From positions 32,001 through 96,000 of the IMG/VR virus record IMGVR_UViG_3300015024_000001: 64,000 bases of DNA; one strand, written 5' to 3'. This DNA is from a virus. Shown here in pieces: positions 10,701 to 19,497 of this stretch. Numbering within the stretch: the stretch's first letter is position 1; the number at the start of each line of letters is the position of its first letter. A program made the position numbers and the translations under genes. The notes below the pieces were generated by a model. The model saw nothing but the letters and a program-made list of their open reading frames with translations. It did no database searches and had not been told where the DNA came from.

Positions 10701-11821
10701 AGAGCCTTCACAGCTTGAGGTGTCTGAGATGCTAATGTACGAAATAATGCTTCAATACCTGTTAATGCTTCAGGTGTGGATGTACCTTGTGTTGTAATAG
10801 TAGCAACAGCAGCACCTAATTGATTAAGGTCAATACCAAAAGCTTTAGCCGTAACAGCAGTCTCTGCAAAACCAGCGGAAAGCTCAGGTATAGTCGTTAT
10901 ACCAACTTCAACAACTGCATTTAATTTAGCTGCAACATCACCTGCTTTAGATGCTTCAAGACCATATGCCCTTAAAGATTTAGTAACTAGTTCTGCCGTA
11001 GAAAAGAAGTCATTAAAACCAACAACAGATAATTTTGCAGATGCTTCAGCAATTTGTCGTGAATCACCAGAATTAGTAAAACCAGCAGATGCAATTTGAT
11101 ACTGACCAGCAACAATATCACTAGCAGATACAGCACCATTTAAGTCTTTTGATAATCTTTTAGCCTCATTACCAACACCACGTAACTCATCTTTTGAAAT
11201 TTTAAGAATAGTATTAAGTTTAGTTAGATTAAGAGTAAAACTAATATCTTGTGTTTGTGATGCTGTACGAAAGGCTTGTAAAGCTTCTATATTACCAAAT
11301 AAACCAGCTCTAAATAAATCAAGTTCATGTATAGCTGTTGTATTAATTCCTAGAGAATCAGAAAGATCAAGACCTTTTGATTTATCATTTAAAGAGGCAA
11401 AAGCATCTACTATACCTTTTATTGGTACAGTTACTATTTGAATATCTTGTTGTAGTTGAAAGAAAGATCCCGCAACGACAGCAACAGCAGAGCCAACTTG
11501 AAATAATTCTTTGCCAACACCTTTTAAAGTAAAACCAAATGCATCAATACCCTGTTCTGCCGCTTTTATAATTTTAACTGTATTCTGAGCAGACTTACCT
11601 ACTTGATCAAAATCTCTAACTAATCCCGATATATTATTAGATACATCATCTTTAAATTTAACTACATAAGTTAAACTTTGATCTAATTGTTTTTTCAAAT
11701 TAGTAAATATATCTTCTTGTTTTATAGATACTGGTAAAACAGGAGTTGCAATAGGCGCAATAGGTTTACTAGCAATAAAATTAGAAAAATCAGGATTAGT
11801 TAAAGGTGTTGGTGTGACCAT
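4793..11821 (-). CDS. tail tape measure protein (TP901/PhageMin_Tail-like core)
   Basis: 2342 aa, Ala/Gln/Lys-rich coiled coil; core GITTIPELSAGFAETAVTAKAFGIDLNQLGAAVA; Gly-zipper hydrophobic segment; follows tail chaperones. Confidence 0.93.
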   Translation of the reverse strand: MVTPTPLTNPDFSNFIASKPIAPIATPVLPVSIKQEDIFTNLKKQLDQSLTYVVKFKDDVSNNISGLVRDFDQVGKSAQNTVKIIKAAEQGIDAFGFTLKGVGKELFQVGSAVAVVAGSFFQLQQDIQIVTVPIKGIVDAFASLNDKSKGLDLSDSLGINTTAIHELDLFRAGLFGNIEALQAFRTASQTQDISFTLNLTKLNTILKISKDELRGVGNEAKRLSKDLNGAVSASDIVAGQYQIASAGFTNSGDSRQIAEASAKLSVVGFNDFFSTAELVTKSLRAYGLEASKAGDVAAKLNAVVEVGITTIPELSAGFAETAVTAKAFGIDLNQLGAAVATITTQGTSTPEALTGIEALFRTLASQTPQAVKALGELSLNGQAVKFDLATVQAKGLGNALTDVFKAANGNVSIIREIIPESRALQAALALAAQGGALFADSLAAVSNSSPAKLNLVFGEVQEDPTIKLRGISTKAEELVAELGGSFTGFTDGAIKSLDIFVSSTEVLADLPGVKQFISTILVVGDTVGKVVGVVSSLGGAFLSVVGILATINIFNNLFSGGLISQGKLISNSIISLGDYGSALKQIIGIDTSKDVKKGLEGKLDELKAKSAGFSAIPGGSDTEEAKKVVHQIREIEVALKDIQIASEKPINLNIEQIEAAKAEVLALEEELSALKSKEGQGTVTQQGANSKNIEKSSIKQRDKIAEVGKLKLEQESLLRNEVAKGTITADTATELRARSASAAEAVSPYSKTLNNQGKLQKVTPIQNIQASLEEAKTQQPTNSKLITNLSQSLIQASTGTQGLLNKNGELEKSFVRTVVAGEAFSKVGQGIARVLTAITVPFSRSTGSIREVDQALRLAGTSQGISNVGQAVGKLFSSAGSGLGLLKTGIINAGKGLLSLGGSLISQFLNPLTLGLAALAVGFAIFDRFQQSNAFRADTIEKNAEAEKKRTQAIESTNRALTEQKRIESLVKGGLSEEEATKKVKSERQEKNIQKAVGNATGIRRERLQTQLATKDFRTSDEFLTQTLGEIRDNRLGLASATDGGQARKKLETDTTGILSIGTAGIVAGGAAGAITGALAGGSVAIGAAVVGGFGVGAASAGASIGATLGSIAPGLGTLIGAGIGLAIGLAISQLATTVEANGDKETIKKEALNRKETELNDKFKVDKAVTPQEREKRKAKVKSGLDIYDKEIDVAQNQAGLNDGVLDKLRHQNDPISKDIVDRIDLFSAKITELKTDTDSAIGSLNKNQLEAGLLSEDLTTKANKVLSGRAQITAEDTSRVDSELQGRIAELKVIQQGLEETLNDPKLDNAQKSAVKSRIVVGAKQIEDTTNFGAKFKSKLVNRNTDVINQTASGQGVGANAAQKEETSAVSSINNIRKALETDTDASRNAIPSLLDSLKVSSENLESLDINKFQDVTDKISNLINLKDTNGSSLISKLDAKVVLGVINTVTDNVAKLAADKVGKLETSARRLQGLASNSEVAGSTVAKESIDQTEIQVIDIKIKAQEKIAAAKQGSAVKEKALNDLAQLQLDKKNKTIEARITKEINASNLLYDREKARLGLSQTDLEIKQQIFEKFGIRDEGGKNSTSIANNKEKQFQLDQKKERDDFLRQQKASIEQSQASVQTNLIAPISLGLESKGSKFDSDSFVKEQDKLQTRLENRTESANDLYNQQVIVDKMNGKMNGNTDIISKDKYGTVIRKTKDSDNRAKADLKIQNAEQDFEKDSAVLASRKGLAEVQFAQQNTIKNPNFSLSNLTKTITGQGQKDNQTDEIKRKQLELSKAFNDKQEGDRKQAALQKQLLIYDGIIKDLEVVKNIEQDRLNITVATTNAVLGTNSIVGAQQGLKVQLTENQQNYDLEKKRLDLKEKALRETGTFTPEAQKDLKAQRDIFDNKFKNDQAVTTFQGRKDIAEKSSASIQESLSSTVTLAGTLKQIDITYVSQANSLGIIGLNNKLQVTAATESLSLEREKLTLQEAALKSSGNLTVEAKKEIDTKRKILDNQFASQVISLQFNAKQESLDLIANKLKSTIENKVKGLTLQKDALSTFAGSFDSEDRSKDAVAARKLAGALSINIAVQQAALEENLLKIQQQKTKSTLEETQARLKLIDIELSFKEQDAKTPEQKAAIADARKSIAGLQNNVTSQLAELPTQFAQQQQLQKQQSILAASTASLNYTKEFDPANLKTARQQFLAVNAVNLRQPVGDASVNATVRSLNQQVQLNDNIAEPPKARNDIVRTFRNADGSISNINPDPSAQIDYARAKNEERIGIANQRQEAQVKLLQDGSITNVTDKNNTSQTNGASNNAFTVNVNVNGNADTAVANDIGKSVRQELLELSRRFQ

Positions 11822-12271
11822 TTATTTAATAGGCTTTCTATATTGATCTAACTCTAATAATTGTTCAACTGTTAATTCAGCATGACGACCTTGTGCAATT
11901 AAAAGTTCTATTTCAGGTGAAATAATCTTCTTTTCTATGGTCTTAGGTTTAGGAGTCCAAGTTTTACATTTCTCTATAAGTGATTTATATGTAATCTGTA
12001 GACTACCAAACTCTAGTATCTCATCTTCTAATAGTAAAAGTAAATCCTGTAATTTATTATTTTCTCTTTCTTGGTTACGTTCATCAGGAGGCGTTTTAAT
12101 TTGTCCTTGTGTTTCAAGCATGTTCTCAAGTGTTACATGATCAAAATTATGCCATAACCATTCAGCAGAGTGAGGATTTACTTCTACTAGTTGAGCTAAG
12201 AAGTCAGCATCTAGGTCGCCTGTGCCGAAGCTAGAGTATCTGCTAAACGTTTGCTGTCCATCATCTTTCCC
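11822..12271 (-). CDS. tail assembly chaperone gpT portion (made as gpGT via -1 frameshift)
   Basis: The -1 frame is open from slippery site GGGAAAG (12265-12271) into ORF 11822..12121. Confidence 0.85.
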   Translation of the reverse strand, partial: GKDDGQQTFSRYSSFGTGDLDADFLAQLVEVNPHSAEWLWHNFDHVTLENMLETQGQIKTPPDERNQERENNKLQDLLLLLEDEILEFGSLQITYKSLIEKCKTWTPKPKTIEKKIISPEIELLIAQGRHAELTVEQLLELDQYRKPIK

Positions 12272-12660
12272 AAAGCCACTGTATAGTCAAAATGATGTAA
12301 GGAAGCAATAATAGATGGAGTAAGAGGATCATAAGAACCATCTTCTTTATAAGATGAGGAACAAAAAATACGTGCCATTTGTTCATAGTCATCTTCAAGC
12401 TTACTAAAATCTACAGATTCATCACCAATTGTAGATAGCATTTCCAAAGTCAACTGCATATTTTGATATGCATCATCATTCATCATTAGTGCAGCAAAAG
12501 ATAAATTAGAGTTAATATAAATCTCCCACAATTGCTTCTGTAGTTCATATAGGTCACTCAATTTATCACGAGTAACGCGCTTAATATGTACAACAGTGCC
12601 ATCATTATAGATAAGCTTCTCAGTACGAATATCTCTTTTCTCTTTCTTTACAATTGACAT
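12211..12660 (-). CDS. tail assembly chaperone gpG
   Basis: Position upstream of tape measure; in-frame G GGA AAG slippery heptamer near the 3' end. Confidence 0.85.
   Translation of the reverse strand: MSIVKKEKRDIRTEKLIYNDGTVVHIKRVTRDKLSDLYELQKQLWEIYINSNLSFAALMMNDDAYQNMQLTLEMLSTIGDESVDFSKLEDDYEQMARIFCSSSYKEDGSYDPLTPSIIASLHHFDYTVALGKMMDSKRLADTLASAQAT
12265..12271 (-). other. programmed -1 ribosomal frameshift site GGGAAAG
   Basis: Identical to the lambda G-T slippery sequence; frame arithmetic joins the two ORFs. Confidence 0.85.
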
Positions 12661-12665
12661 AGTAT

Positions 12666-13043
12666 TTATTTATCTATAGTATTTGATTCGTAAGACACGA
12701 ATAATAAATTATCCTTGTCTTTTTCATTATATCTTATTTTATAGGTTAAATTATAACCAAGTTGGGTAAAATCTTTATTATCTTCATCTGGTACTAAAAT
12801 ATTATGTATATGTAATATAGTTAGCTTATCATCTTTAGAAAATAATGTAGTTATTAAACCTTTAAAAGTATTATACTCAAAAGTAAAACTATAATTAGTA
12901 TAACGTAGAGCCAAATAATACTGACCTTCTTTTAAACAAACAATGAAATCTATAGGAGCTTTTACATAGAGAGAAGAATTATCTTCTAACAGTAATAAAA
13001 TATTTCCTATAGATTTATATTGTTTGTCAATGATTTTAATCAT
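12666..13043 (-). CDS. hypothetical protein
   Basis: Tightly packed ORF in the tail operon. Confidence 0.55.
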   Translation of the reverse strand: MIKIIDKQYKSIGNILLLLEDNSSLYVKAPIDFIVCLKEGQYYLALRYTNYSFTFEYNTFKGLITTLFSKDDKLTILHIHNILVPDEDNKDFTQLGYNLTYKIRYNEKDKDNLLFVSYESNTIDK

Positions 13044-13044
13044 C

Positions 13045-13890
13045 CTAAGAAGCGGTACGCGCTACACGAGCATTTACAAAATAATCATCAGTATTTAAAG
13101 TAAAGCTGCCTAACTGTACACTTGATACAGATGCAATAGTGGTAGCATCAGAACCAGTTCCAAGTCCATCATAAGCTAGTAAACCAGTCTGTTTATATAT
13201 TTTAAAACTAGCAGTCATAGTATTACCATCGCGGGTATGAGTACCTTCGATATCATACATAATAGCATCAAATAAACCAGGCGTAAAAGCAATAGAGGTT
13301 GCAACATCAGTACCAGTACCAGCAAAATTGCTAGATAGTGTTACAATTCCAGTAGCAGAAACCAAACTCAGAATGCGTACTAAAGGTGTAACTGTTACAC
13401 TAACAGGTGATGCAAATAAAGATGATTCAGTATTGGGTAAGCTAAGATAAACAATACGAGTGGTAATATCAACACGAACAACTGTAGCACTAATAGCAAT
13501 ACCAGTACCAGAGATAGAATCACCACGTTTAGGAAGTGAGTTAGAACCTGTAAATAGAACAAAGTTCTGACTGTGATATACATGAGCAGTACGACTTAAA
13601 GTAGAAGAAATAGGAATGGTAACAGTACCACCTGTAACAGCAGATATAACATCACCAACACGTAGTTTAGCAAAATCTATAATACTAGGTGTAAATGTTG
13701 CGGTATTAGATACTACTGTTAGTCCTACTAAAGTAAAAGGAGTAGCTAATGTATCTTTAGCAGTAATAGGAAGATAAAAAGATTCATTAGAGATATTACC
13801 TACTGTTGGTAAATCTGCCATTGTAAAATTAAAAGGGACAGTCTGTACTGAACTAGTACGGACACCTGTAATTTCGTTTGTAAAAGCCAT
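13045..13890 (-). CDS. virion structural protein (tail tube or tail decoration candidate)
   Basis: Thr/Ser/Val-rich beta protein; strong RBS (GAGG); between tail-completion and chaperone genes. Confidence 0.5.
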   Translation of the reverse strand: MAFTNEITGVRTSSVQTVPFNFTMADLPTVGNISNESFYLPITAKDTLATPFTLVGLTVVSNTATFTPSIIDFAKLRVGDVISAVTGGTVTIPISSTLSRTAHVYHSQNFVLFTGSNSLPKRGDSISGTGIAISATVVRVDITTRIVYLSLPNTESSLFASPVSVTVTPLVRILSLVSATGIVTLSSNFAGTGTDVATSIAFTPGLFDAIMYDIEGTHTRDGNTMTASFKIYKQTGLLAYDGLGTGSDATTIASVSSVQLGSFTLNTDDYFVNARVARTAS

Positions 13891-13926
13891 ATATAACCTC
13901 TGTATTTGTTCTATTTTTATTATATA

Positions 13927-14424
13927 CTATATTGAAGTATAAATATTGAATGTAGCTGTAACTATATTCATTACAGGTTCATAATTTTCACTAAATGTAG
14001 TATTATAGTTGATAACTAATGGGGAACTTGTATGTATTTTTATATGTGTATCTGCATAAAAGTTAGGTTCAATTATAGCTAACTTTATAACATCACCTAT
14101 TAATGTTGAAAATGCACCTGTGTTACTTTTCCTTGTATAAGCCATACAGTGTTGTAATACAACTGTAGTTAAACTAATACCTGTATTTGGTAATACTGTA
14201 TCTGTTGTTCTATAACCTTTTAATAAAGGATATCCCTGTAATGGCATATCAAATATATTATAGTCAGCAGCAGATTTAACTATGACTATAGGATCAAAAA
14301 CGTAATTCAACGCTTCTTTTATATATTGTACTAATACCTTAAGATAGGTATCTTCAATAGGTGGTGGCACTATTATTGCACCTAACGCCGTTCTAGTACC
14401 TTGTAAATTTATTTCTATGGACAT
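13927..14424 (-). CDS. putative tail completion/terminator protein
   Basis: Synteny after head-tail adaptor; C-terminal alternating beta strand (IVTATFNIY). Confidence 0.45.
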   Translation of the reverse strand: MSIEINLQGTRTALGAIIVPPPIEDTYLKVLVQYIKEALNYVFDPIVIVKSAADYNIFDMPLQGYPLLKGYRTTDTVLPNTGISLTTVVLQHCMAYTRKSNTGAFSTLIGDVIKLAIIEPNFYADTHIKIHTSSPLVINYNTTFSENYEPVMNIVTATFNIYTSI

Positions 14425-15047
14425 CTGTAAGAATCTCCATAGTGATTAGGACGATTATCATAGAAATCAACAGGTACTCTACTTCTATTATCTCTAATAA
14501 TACTACCATCCTCACTTTTATCTCTTTCACCTATATAAAAACTTTGAGGAGTTTCTGTAGTATTCCAAAGATCTGTTCCTAAACCTATAGATGTTTTTAC
14601 TATCTCATTTGGTAGAGGAATAAAACGAGATTGTAGCTGTTGTTGATTAGGACTATTTTGTGGTGTTGCTGTAGCACCTATAATTGTAATACCAGTACCA
14701 CTAAATAAAGACTGAAATAAATCTAAAGCTGCTTGTTTTAGAACAGAGATATAATTATTATCACCACCTAAGCCAACATTACCTTCATATACAGATGTTA
14801 ATATATCCGCCATAATTAATTTTTCAGCTACTGCATTTAAAATAGCATGAGGAAATAAAAGAGGTAAGTTATATATAAGTTGTAAATGAGCATTCATCCA
14901 CTCTTCTATTTGACCAGCACTAATGCGAATAAGATTTATACTAACCGTTTGTTGTAAACCAGAAGGGGTGTCACCCAAACCTGTATCTATAAATACTCTA
15001 GTTGCTAAACGCTCTTTAATATTATCAACTATAGTGTAGTACAACAT
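14415..15047 (-). CDS. head-tail adaptor, Mu gp36-like
   Basis: N-terminal YYT..NIKERL and AGQIEEWMNAHLQLIYNLPL..L..VAEKL pattern. Confidence 0.6.
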   Translation of the reverse strand: MLYYTIVDNIKERLATRVFIDTGLGDTPSGLQQTVSINLIRISAGQIEEWMNAHLQLIYNLPLLFPHAILNAVAEKLIMADILTSVYEGNVGLGGDNNYISVLKQAALDLFQSLFSGTGITIIGATATPQNSPNQQQLQSRFIPLPNEIVKTSIGLGTDLWNTTETPQSFYIGERDKSEDGSIIRDNRSRVPVDFYDNRPNHYGDSYRCP

Positions 15048-15577
15048 TAGATGTCACATAGAAAAGAAATAGAGTTGGAATATGCTGATGATATAAGTTT
15101 ACCAGTACGAGGATCTTTTGTGTACTTAAGACGTAAAGATCGATTATCGGCAATACCTGCTTTAGAACTAGATTTAGAGAAACGATCAGAAGATCCACGA
15201 TTCACTTGTCTAGCCGAACCTGCTGTTAAATCTGTACGTAATGCTGCTTTTCCCTGTAGATGTAGAGAATCACCAAGACTTTTTGTTTTCTTACCTATAG
15301 TTGATTGTAAAGCAGGTGCATTTTCAACACCAACTGAACCATACTTTTTAAGTGCCATAGCTTCTGCTTTTGCATTTAAACTTACAGGTGGTAATAAACG
15401 TTTCTTGGCAATAATCGCTGATCCTATGTCTTGTTTAGCTTTTTGAGTATTTTGTAGCCAGCTTTTAGCTTTATTAACTGTACTACCAAGTTGACCTGTA
15501 ACCTTACTCAAGACACCTGTTTTTAAACCACCCATTGTGCCTACTAAACCAAATTCTGCTGTTGTTGTATATTTCAT
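15047..15577 (-). CDS. basic protein with AEF leader, putative internal head protein
   Basis: Likely start MKYTTTAEFG at 15577; Lys/Arg-rich; ends SFLCDI. Confidence 0.6.
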   Translation of the reverse strand: MKYTTTAEFGLVGTMGGLKTGVLSKVTGQLGSTVNKAKSWLQNTQKAKQDIGSAIIAKKRLLPPVSLNAKAEAMALKKYGSVGVENAPALQSTIGKKTKSLGDSLHLQGKAALRTDLTAGSARQVNRGSSDRFSKSSSKAGIADNRSLRLKYTKDPRTGKLISSAYSNSISFLCDI

Positions 15578-15578
15578 A

Positions 15579-15935
15579 TTACCTGAACCATCCAAATATT
15601 TTATGACCTGTATTTACCCAACCTTTTCCTTCACGAGATACATTAACTACTGTTGATATATTTTTTCGTGTATCATCGAGTGGTCTTCGTTTATCTTCAC
15701 GTTGTAGTCGTTCTTCACGAGCTTTTGCTTGATCTAAACGTCTTTGCTTATAAACAAGTTCTTCTTGTTTATAAGCTAACTTTTTATCCTCTAAGATAGG
15801 ATTTTTCTTTTTACTAGAATTATAAGATTTTACTACTTTACCAGTCTCAAGATAAGAATCTGTATTATCCTTTTGCTCCTCAGTTTCTGATTTTTTAGTA
15901 TTTTGTTTTGCAAAATCTATTATCAAATAGGTCAT
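15579..15935 (-). CDS. basic protein with MTYLIIDFA leader, putative internal head protein
   Basis: Shared leader motif; highly charged. Confidence 0.6.
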   Translation of the reverse strand: MTYLIIDFAKQNTKKSETEEQKDNTDSYLETGKVVKSYNSSKKKNPILEDKKLAYKQEELVYKQRRLDQAKAREERLQREDKRRPLDDTRKNISTVVNVSREGKGWVNTGHKIFGWFR

Positions 15936-15990
15936 TTTATTCTTATCTTATCACAACTATAAAGAAATTAGCAATATCATATATAGAAGA

Positions 15991-16437
15991 TCAAAGTTTT
16001 TCATTATTTTTCTTTTGATTTCTTAGATTCTGATAAGCTGCTAAACTACCAAGTGCCAAACCACCAGCAACGCCACCAGCAACACCATATTTTGTTTTTA
16101 TTTTAGCAGATTTTTCTCTACCTAAGTTGTTAGCTATTAAAGCTCCGACACCTATACCACTACCAGCACCAACTAAAGAACCTGATATTAGGGCATCAAC
16201 TTTATCTATCTTTTTCTTTTCTATGGACTTATTTTGTTCAGTAAAATTGGCTATATCAGATAATAAATACATATGTTGTGACTCTTTTGTTTCATAAATT
16301 TTTCTGTAGCGTATACCTTTTAAACCTATTTTGTGTTTACGAACCACACCATTACCTGCTGCTGTTTTAAGATCAGGTTTGGCGATTATCTTACCATTTA
16401 TAGTTTTTATTTTTAATTGTCCATTTTTTATAAGCAT
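15991..16437 (-). CDS. Gly-zipper basic protein with MYLLSDIANF motif (start 16437 or 16272)
   Basis: Leader-like motif at 16272; two GxxxG hydrophobic segments. Confidence 0.55.
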   Translation of the reverse strand: MLIKNGQLKIKTINGKIIAKPDLKTAAGNGVVRKHKIGLKGIRYRKIYETKESQHMYLLSDIANFTEQNKSIEKKKIDKVDALISGSLVGAGSGIGVGALIANNLGREKSAKIKTKYGVAGGVAGGLALGSLAAYQNLRNQKKNNEKL

Positions 16438-16441
16438 AATT

Positions 16442-17677
16442 TTATACAGGGCAGGTAGGTAAAAGACTACCACAGTTATCAAGCTGTCCATCACTTCTCT
16501 TTACTCCATGAAGAGTAAAATCAAGAGTAAACCCATTAGCAATAGAGCCAATAGAAGAAGATTCAGTCACTAGTTGTCCTGCACTATTTCTAGCCTCTAT
16601 AATATTACTTGAAGCATTTTTTATAATCGAAGCTATTGAACCATTTATTCGCATAGGCTTTAACCTATTAGACCCTATAGGAATATCTGCATCATTCAGC
16701 CTAGATGACCATGTAGAAGCACCATAATTAGGATTATGTACAATGTAATCAAACTCTACAACATATTCTATATTGGGACACTGCCCACCAGTAAATCCTG
16801 GTTGTATTATAGCACTCTGACATGCTGCTTGACTAGTATATGGCGTAGGAGTAGATGAGAAAGTACATTGTCCTCCAGAACATTGCCAGTATTGTATAGG
16901 ACAACTTGCTGGAAGATTTCCACAATTATCTGTAGTACCAGCATCTCTTAAACGAATCCCAGTAATTACACCACGACCAGAAACATAACCAATACCATTA
17001 CCACCACTATTGCTACTCAAAAAGATTAATCCATTTGTAGTCTTTAGCTTCCATGTAATAGAAGTCTTACCATTTGTAAGTGTATCTACTCCATAATCCG
17101 TTTCAATAGATTGAATAGCACCTAAAGCGCCAACTTCGCTCAACTCTTGAATGCTCTCTACACCTTGTAGATTTGTTCTATACAGAGTTGAATCTACAAT
17201 ATAAAAGACTGGGCATTGTCCCCCAGTAAATGTTGCTGGTACTAAAAGACTTTGACAATTAGCAAGAGAAGTATAATTACCTAAATAACTCTCTGAACAA
17301 ATTCCACCAGCGCAATCCCAATATTTAATTAAAGAGTTTACACTTGTCAAATAAGTTATTGACCATAAATTAGCTCCTTGATAAACTAGTTGTATAGATT
17401 GTGAACTAGTGAGATTAATACCACCAACTTGTGCTACTGTAATTATTTCATTTGTTACAGGATTTATAATAGAGTATCCACTTGGTAGACCAACTCTCAA
17501 TACAGAAGTACTATTAGTTGCAAGAGAGATTGTATCACCTATAATAATTGTTGAAGGTAATTGTACAGTACTGTTAGTTGTTGCAATATAATTTTTATTA
17601 CTTTGCAAGGTTTGATTTGTAGATATAGGAATAAAAATATTACTGTTGACAGAAGAAAAATAATTATAAACTAACAT
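16442..17677 (-). CDS. fibre-like protein with duplicated Cys-rich FTGGQCP module
   Basis: N-terminal fibre-type repeat (TVQLPST..IGDTI); two copies of YWxCxGGxC...YTSxAxCQS..FTGGQCP...DNCG. Confidence 0.6.
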   Translation of the reverse strand: MLVYNYFSSVNSNIFIPISTNQTLQSNKNYIATTNSTVQLPSTIIIGDTISLATNSTSVLRVGLPSGYSIINPVTNEIITVAQVGGINLTSSQSIQLVYQGANLWSITYLTSVNSLIKYWDCAGGICSESYLGNYTSLANCQSLLVPATFTGGQCPVFYIVDSTLYRTNLQGVESIQELSEVGALGAIQSIETDYGVDTLTNGKTSITWKLKTTNGLIFLSSNSGGNGIGYVSGRGVITGIRLRDAGTTDNCGNLPASCPIQYWQCSGGQCTFSSTPTPYTSQAACQSAIIQPGFTGGQCPNIEYVVEFDYIVHNPNYGASTWSSRLNDADIPIGSNRLKPMRINGSIASIIKNASSNIIEARNSAGQLVTESSSIGSIANGFTLDFTLHGVKRSDGQLDNCGSLLPTCPV

Positions 17678-18285
17678 TACATAACCTCAGTGATACGAGC
17701 AAATCCATTAACAGCAATCCAAACACCTTTTATTTTACCACTATAATCTTCGCCTTTGATAATAGTAAAAGAAGGTACATTGTTTGATAAAGGTGCAAGA
17801 ACAATAGAATAGCTGTTAGGACTTGCATTACTGTCATGAAAACTGAGATATAAAATAGAAGTAGAGTCATTAGCAATAATTGCAGTTTTACGATTATTAT
17901 TTGCTTCAAGAAGAGTTACTGAACTAATACTACTAGTAATATTAGATAAAATAGAAGTATCTGCAAAAGCTTGTACTACAGATAAAGAATTACTAGAAGA
18001 CTTATTACCTAAACTAGAAGGTAGTTTTGTATTAATTGATGATAAGTTACCACCTGTCTCTAAAACTAAAGCTGAGGTATTAAGATTTGTACCTGCATTA
18101 ACAGTAATAGCAGAAGATCCACTACCATTACTACTATTATTACCACTACCAAGTTCACCAAGTAAGAATCGTACTAAAAATAATCTTTCTAAAAGAGAAT
18201 CTCTTAGATTTAAGTCAGCATATTCTAACTCTAATCTTCGCGTTAGAGCAAGTTTTTCTGTTGTTAAATAGTCTGATAATGCCAT
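17677..18285 (-). CDS. virion structural protein (C-terminal beta-sandwich)
   Basis: SVTLLEANNNRKTAIIANDSTSILYL motif common in phage head/collar decoration proteins. Confidence 0.55.
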   Translation of the reverse strand: MALSDYLTTEKLALTRRLELEYADLNLRDSLLERLFLVRFLLGELGSGNNSSNGSGSSAITVNAGTNLNTSALVLETGGNLSSINTKLPSSLGNKSSSNSLSVVQAFADTSILSNITSSISSVTLLEANNNRKTAIIANDSTSILYLSFHDSNASPNSYSIVLAPLSNNVPSFTIIKGEDYSGKIKGVWIAVNGFARITEVM

Positions 18286-18305
18286 TGTTATACACCTTTA
18301 TTATT

Positions 18306-18695
18306 TTATAATACCATAAAATCTTCTTTTGTTTTTATTTCTATAGGTAGTTTAAGATTATCTATAATTGACATACAAACACCTATATATCTATAATCTA
18401 TAATATCGTTTTTATTTTCTTTAGCAAATATTATAATGACATTCTTAGAGCGTGGAAAATAATGACCATAGAAGAGAATTTGTCCAACAGCGTGTTTGAT
18501 ATTTGACCAGTGTTTAGCTTCATACAAAATATCATCTGTTAATATATCTATATAGCCCACAGGTGTATATACTTCGCGTTGATAACCAATACCTTTCTCT
18601 TCTAAGGTTTGACATATACTGTCCACAAATAGTCGTTCATGTGGATTTTTAGGTTTTTGTAATAACAGACGTGGAGGTTTGGGTAGGTCTATCAT
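18306..18695 (-). CDS. PD-(D/E)XK nuclease-like protein
   Basis: REV.TPVGYIDILT....YEAK...KHAVGQIL.Y motif. Confidence 0.7.
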   Translation of the reverse strand: MIDLPKPPRLLLQKPKNPHERLFVDSICQTLEEKGIGYQREVYTPVGYIDILTDDILYEAKHWSNIKHAVGQILFYGHYFPRSKNVIIIFAKENKNDIIDYRYIGVCMSIIDNLKLPIEIKTKEDFMVL

Positions 18696-19147
18696 TTTTT
18701 CCTATTACCGAATTTCTTTTTATACATATCGTCAATGTGATCATTGATGCCAACAATATGAATATTTCGTTTTCCTACTTTTTTATCTAAGCTAGACAAA
18801 GCTCCACTAAAACGTTCATCATATTGTGAAGCTGGATTACCAACAAGATGTTCAACATGAATAGACTTTGCTGTTTTTATAGGTACTTCAGCAATACCTG
18901 TTACTACTTTTCTTTTCTTTCCACTTTTTAGATCAGTATAAGTTTTCTTTAAAAACTCTAGTTTAGGTTTTGTATTAAGGTGCTGTCTAAGATTAGTAGA
19001 ACCACGCATTGCATTAATTACATCTAACCTATCTTCATTGATAGGATTATGTTCATTCCTAAGAAGATCTTTAGTTGTAGATCCCCATTTATTCAGAACC
19101 TTCATCCAATCAGGATCTTTATAGCCGAAGTCACTCATTAAATACAT
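18692..19147 (-). CDS. basic protein with MYLMSDFG leader; paralog of 21467..21883, possible degenerate GNAT fold
   Basis: Shared leader; shared VVTG, LVGNP, FxGA, INxxxDxxYxKKxG. Confidence 0.6.
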   Translation of the reverse strand: MYLMSDFGYKDPDWMKVLNKWGSTTKDLLRNEHNPINEDRLDVINAMRGSTNLRQHLNTKPKLEFLKKTYTDLKSGKKRKVVTGIAEVPIKTAKSIHVEHLVGNPASQYDERFSGALSSLDKKVGKRNIHIVGINDHIDDMYKKKFGNRKK

Positions 19148-19152
19148 AATGG

Positions 19153-19497
19153 TCACCAATTATACTTAGTTGCGTAATAGCTTGACCCAAAAGGATCATC
19201 TTTAGCTACCGAACCATCTTTCTTTTTTATACCAGCAAATCGTTTCTGAAAATTATCACGTCGTTTATCATCTTTATGTACAAGATAATCCTCACGTGTA
19301 TTATCACCCCAAGCTACAGTTTTTTTACGTCCATCAGAACGTTCTACAGTAACTTGATATTTCTTACCTTTTCTTGTAGAAAGTGTTGGCTCAGATATTT
19401 TATGTTCCATATCATTGTATTTAACAGTGTTAGCTTTATTTACTAACAATTTATCTACTGAAGCTACTTCAGCAAAATCACACAGAATAAAGATCAT
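19153..19497 (-). CDS. small basic viral protein (DUF5754-like) with MIFILCDFA leader
   Basis: STRKGKKY.V....G.KKTV.WG....EDY..HKD.KRR.NF..R motif recalled from viral DUF5754-type proteins. Confidence 0.6.
   Translation of the reverse strand: MIFILCDFAEVASVDKLLVNKANTVKYNDMEHKISEPTLSTRKGKKYQVTVERSDGRKKTVAWGDNTREDYLVHKDDKRRDNFQKRFAGIKKKDGSVAKDDPFGSSYYATKYNW

Noticed and set aside
4367-15047. Contractile tail sheath or baseplate wedge genes
   Set aside because: No ORF of suitable size or motif in the tail module seen here; a non-contractile tail is more likely, though genes beyond the window are unseen
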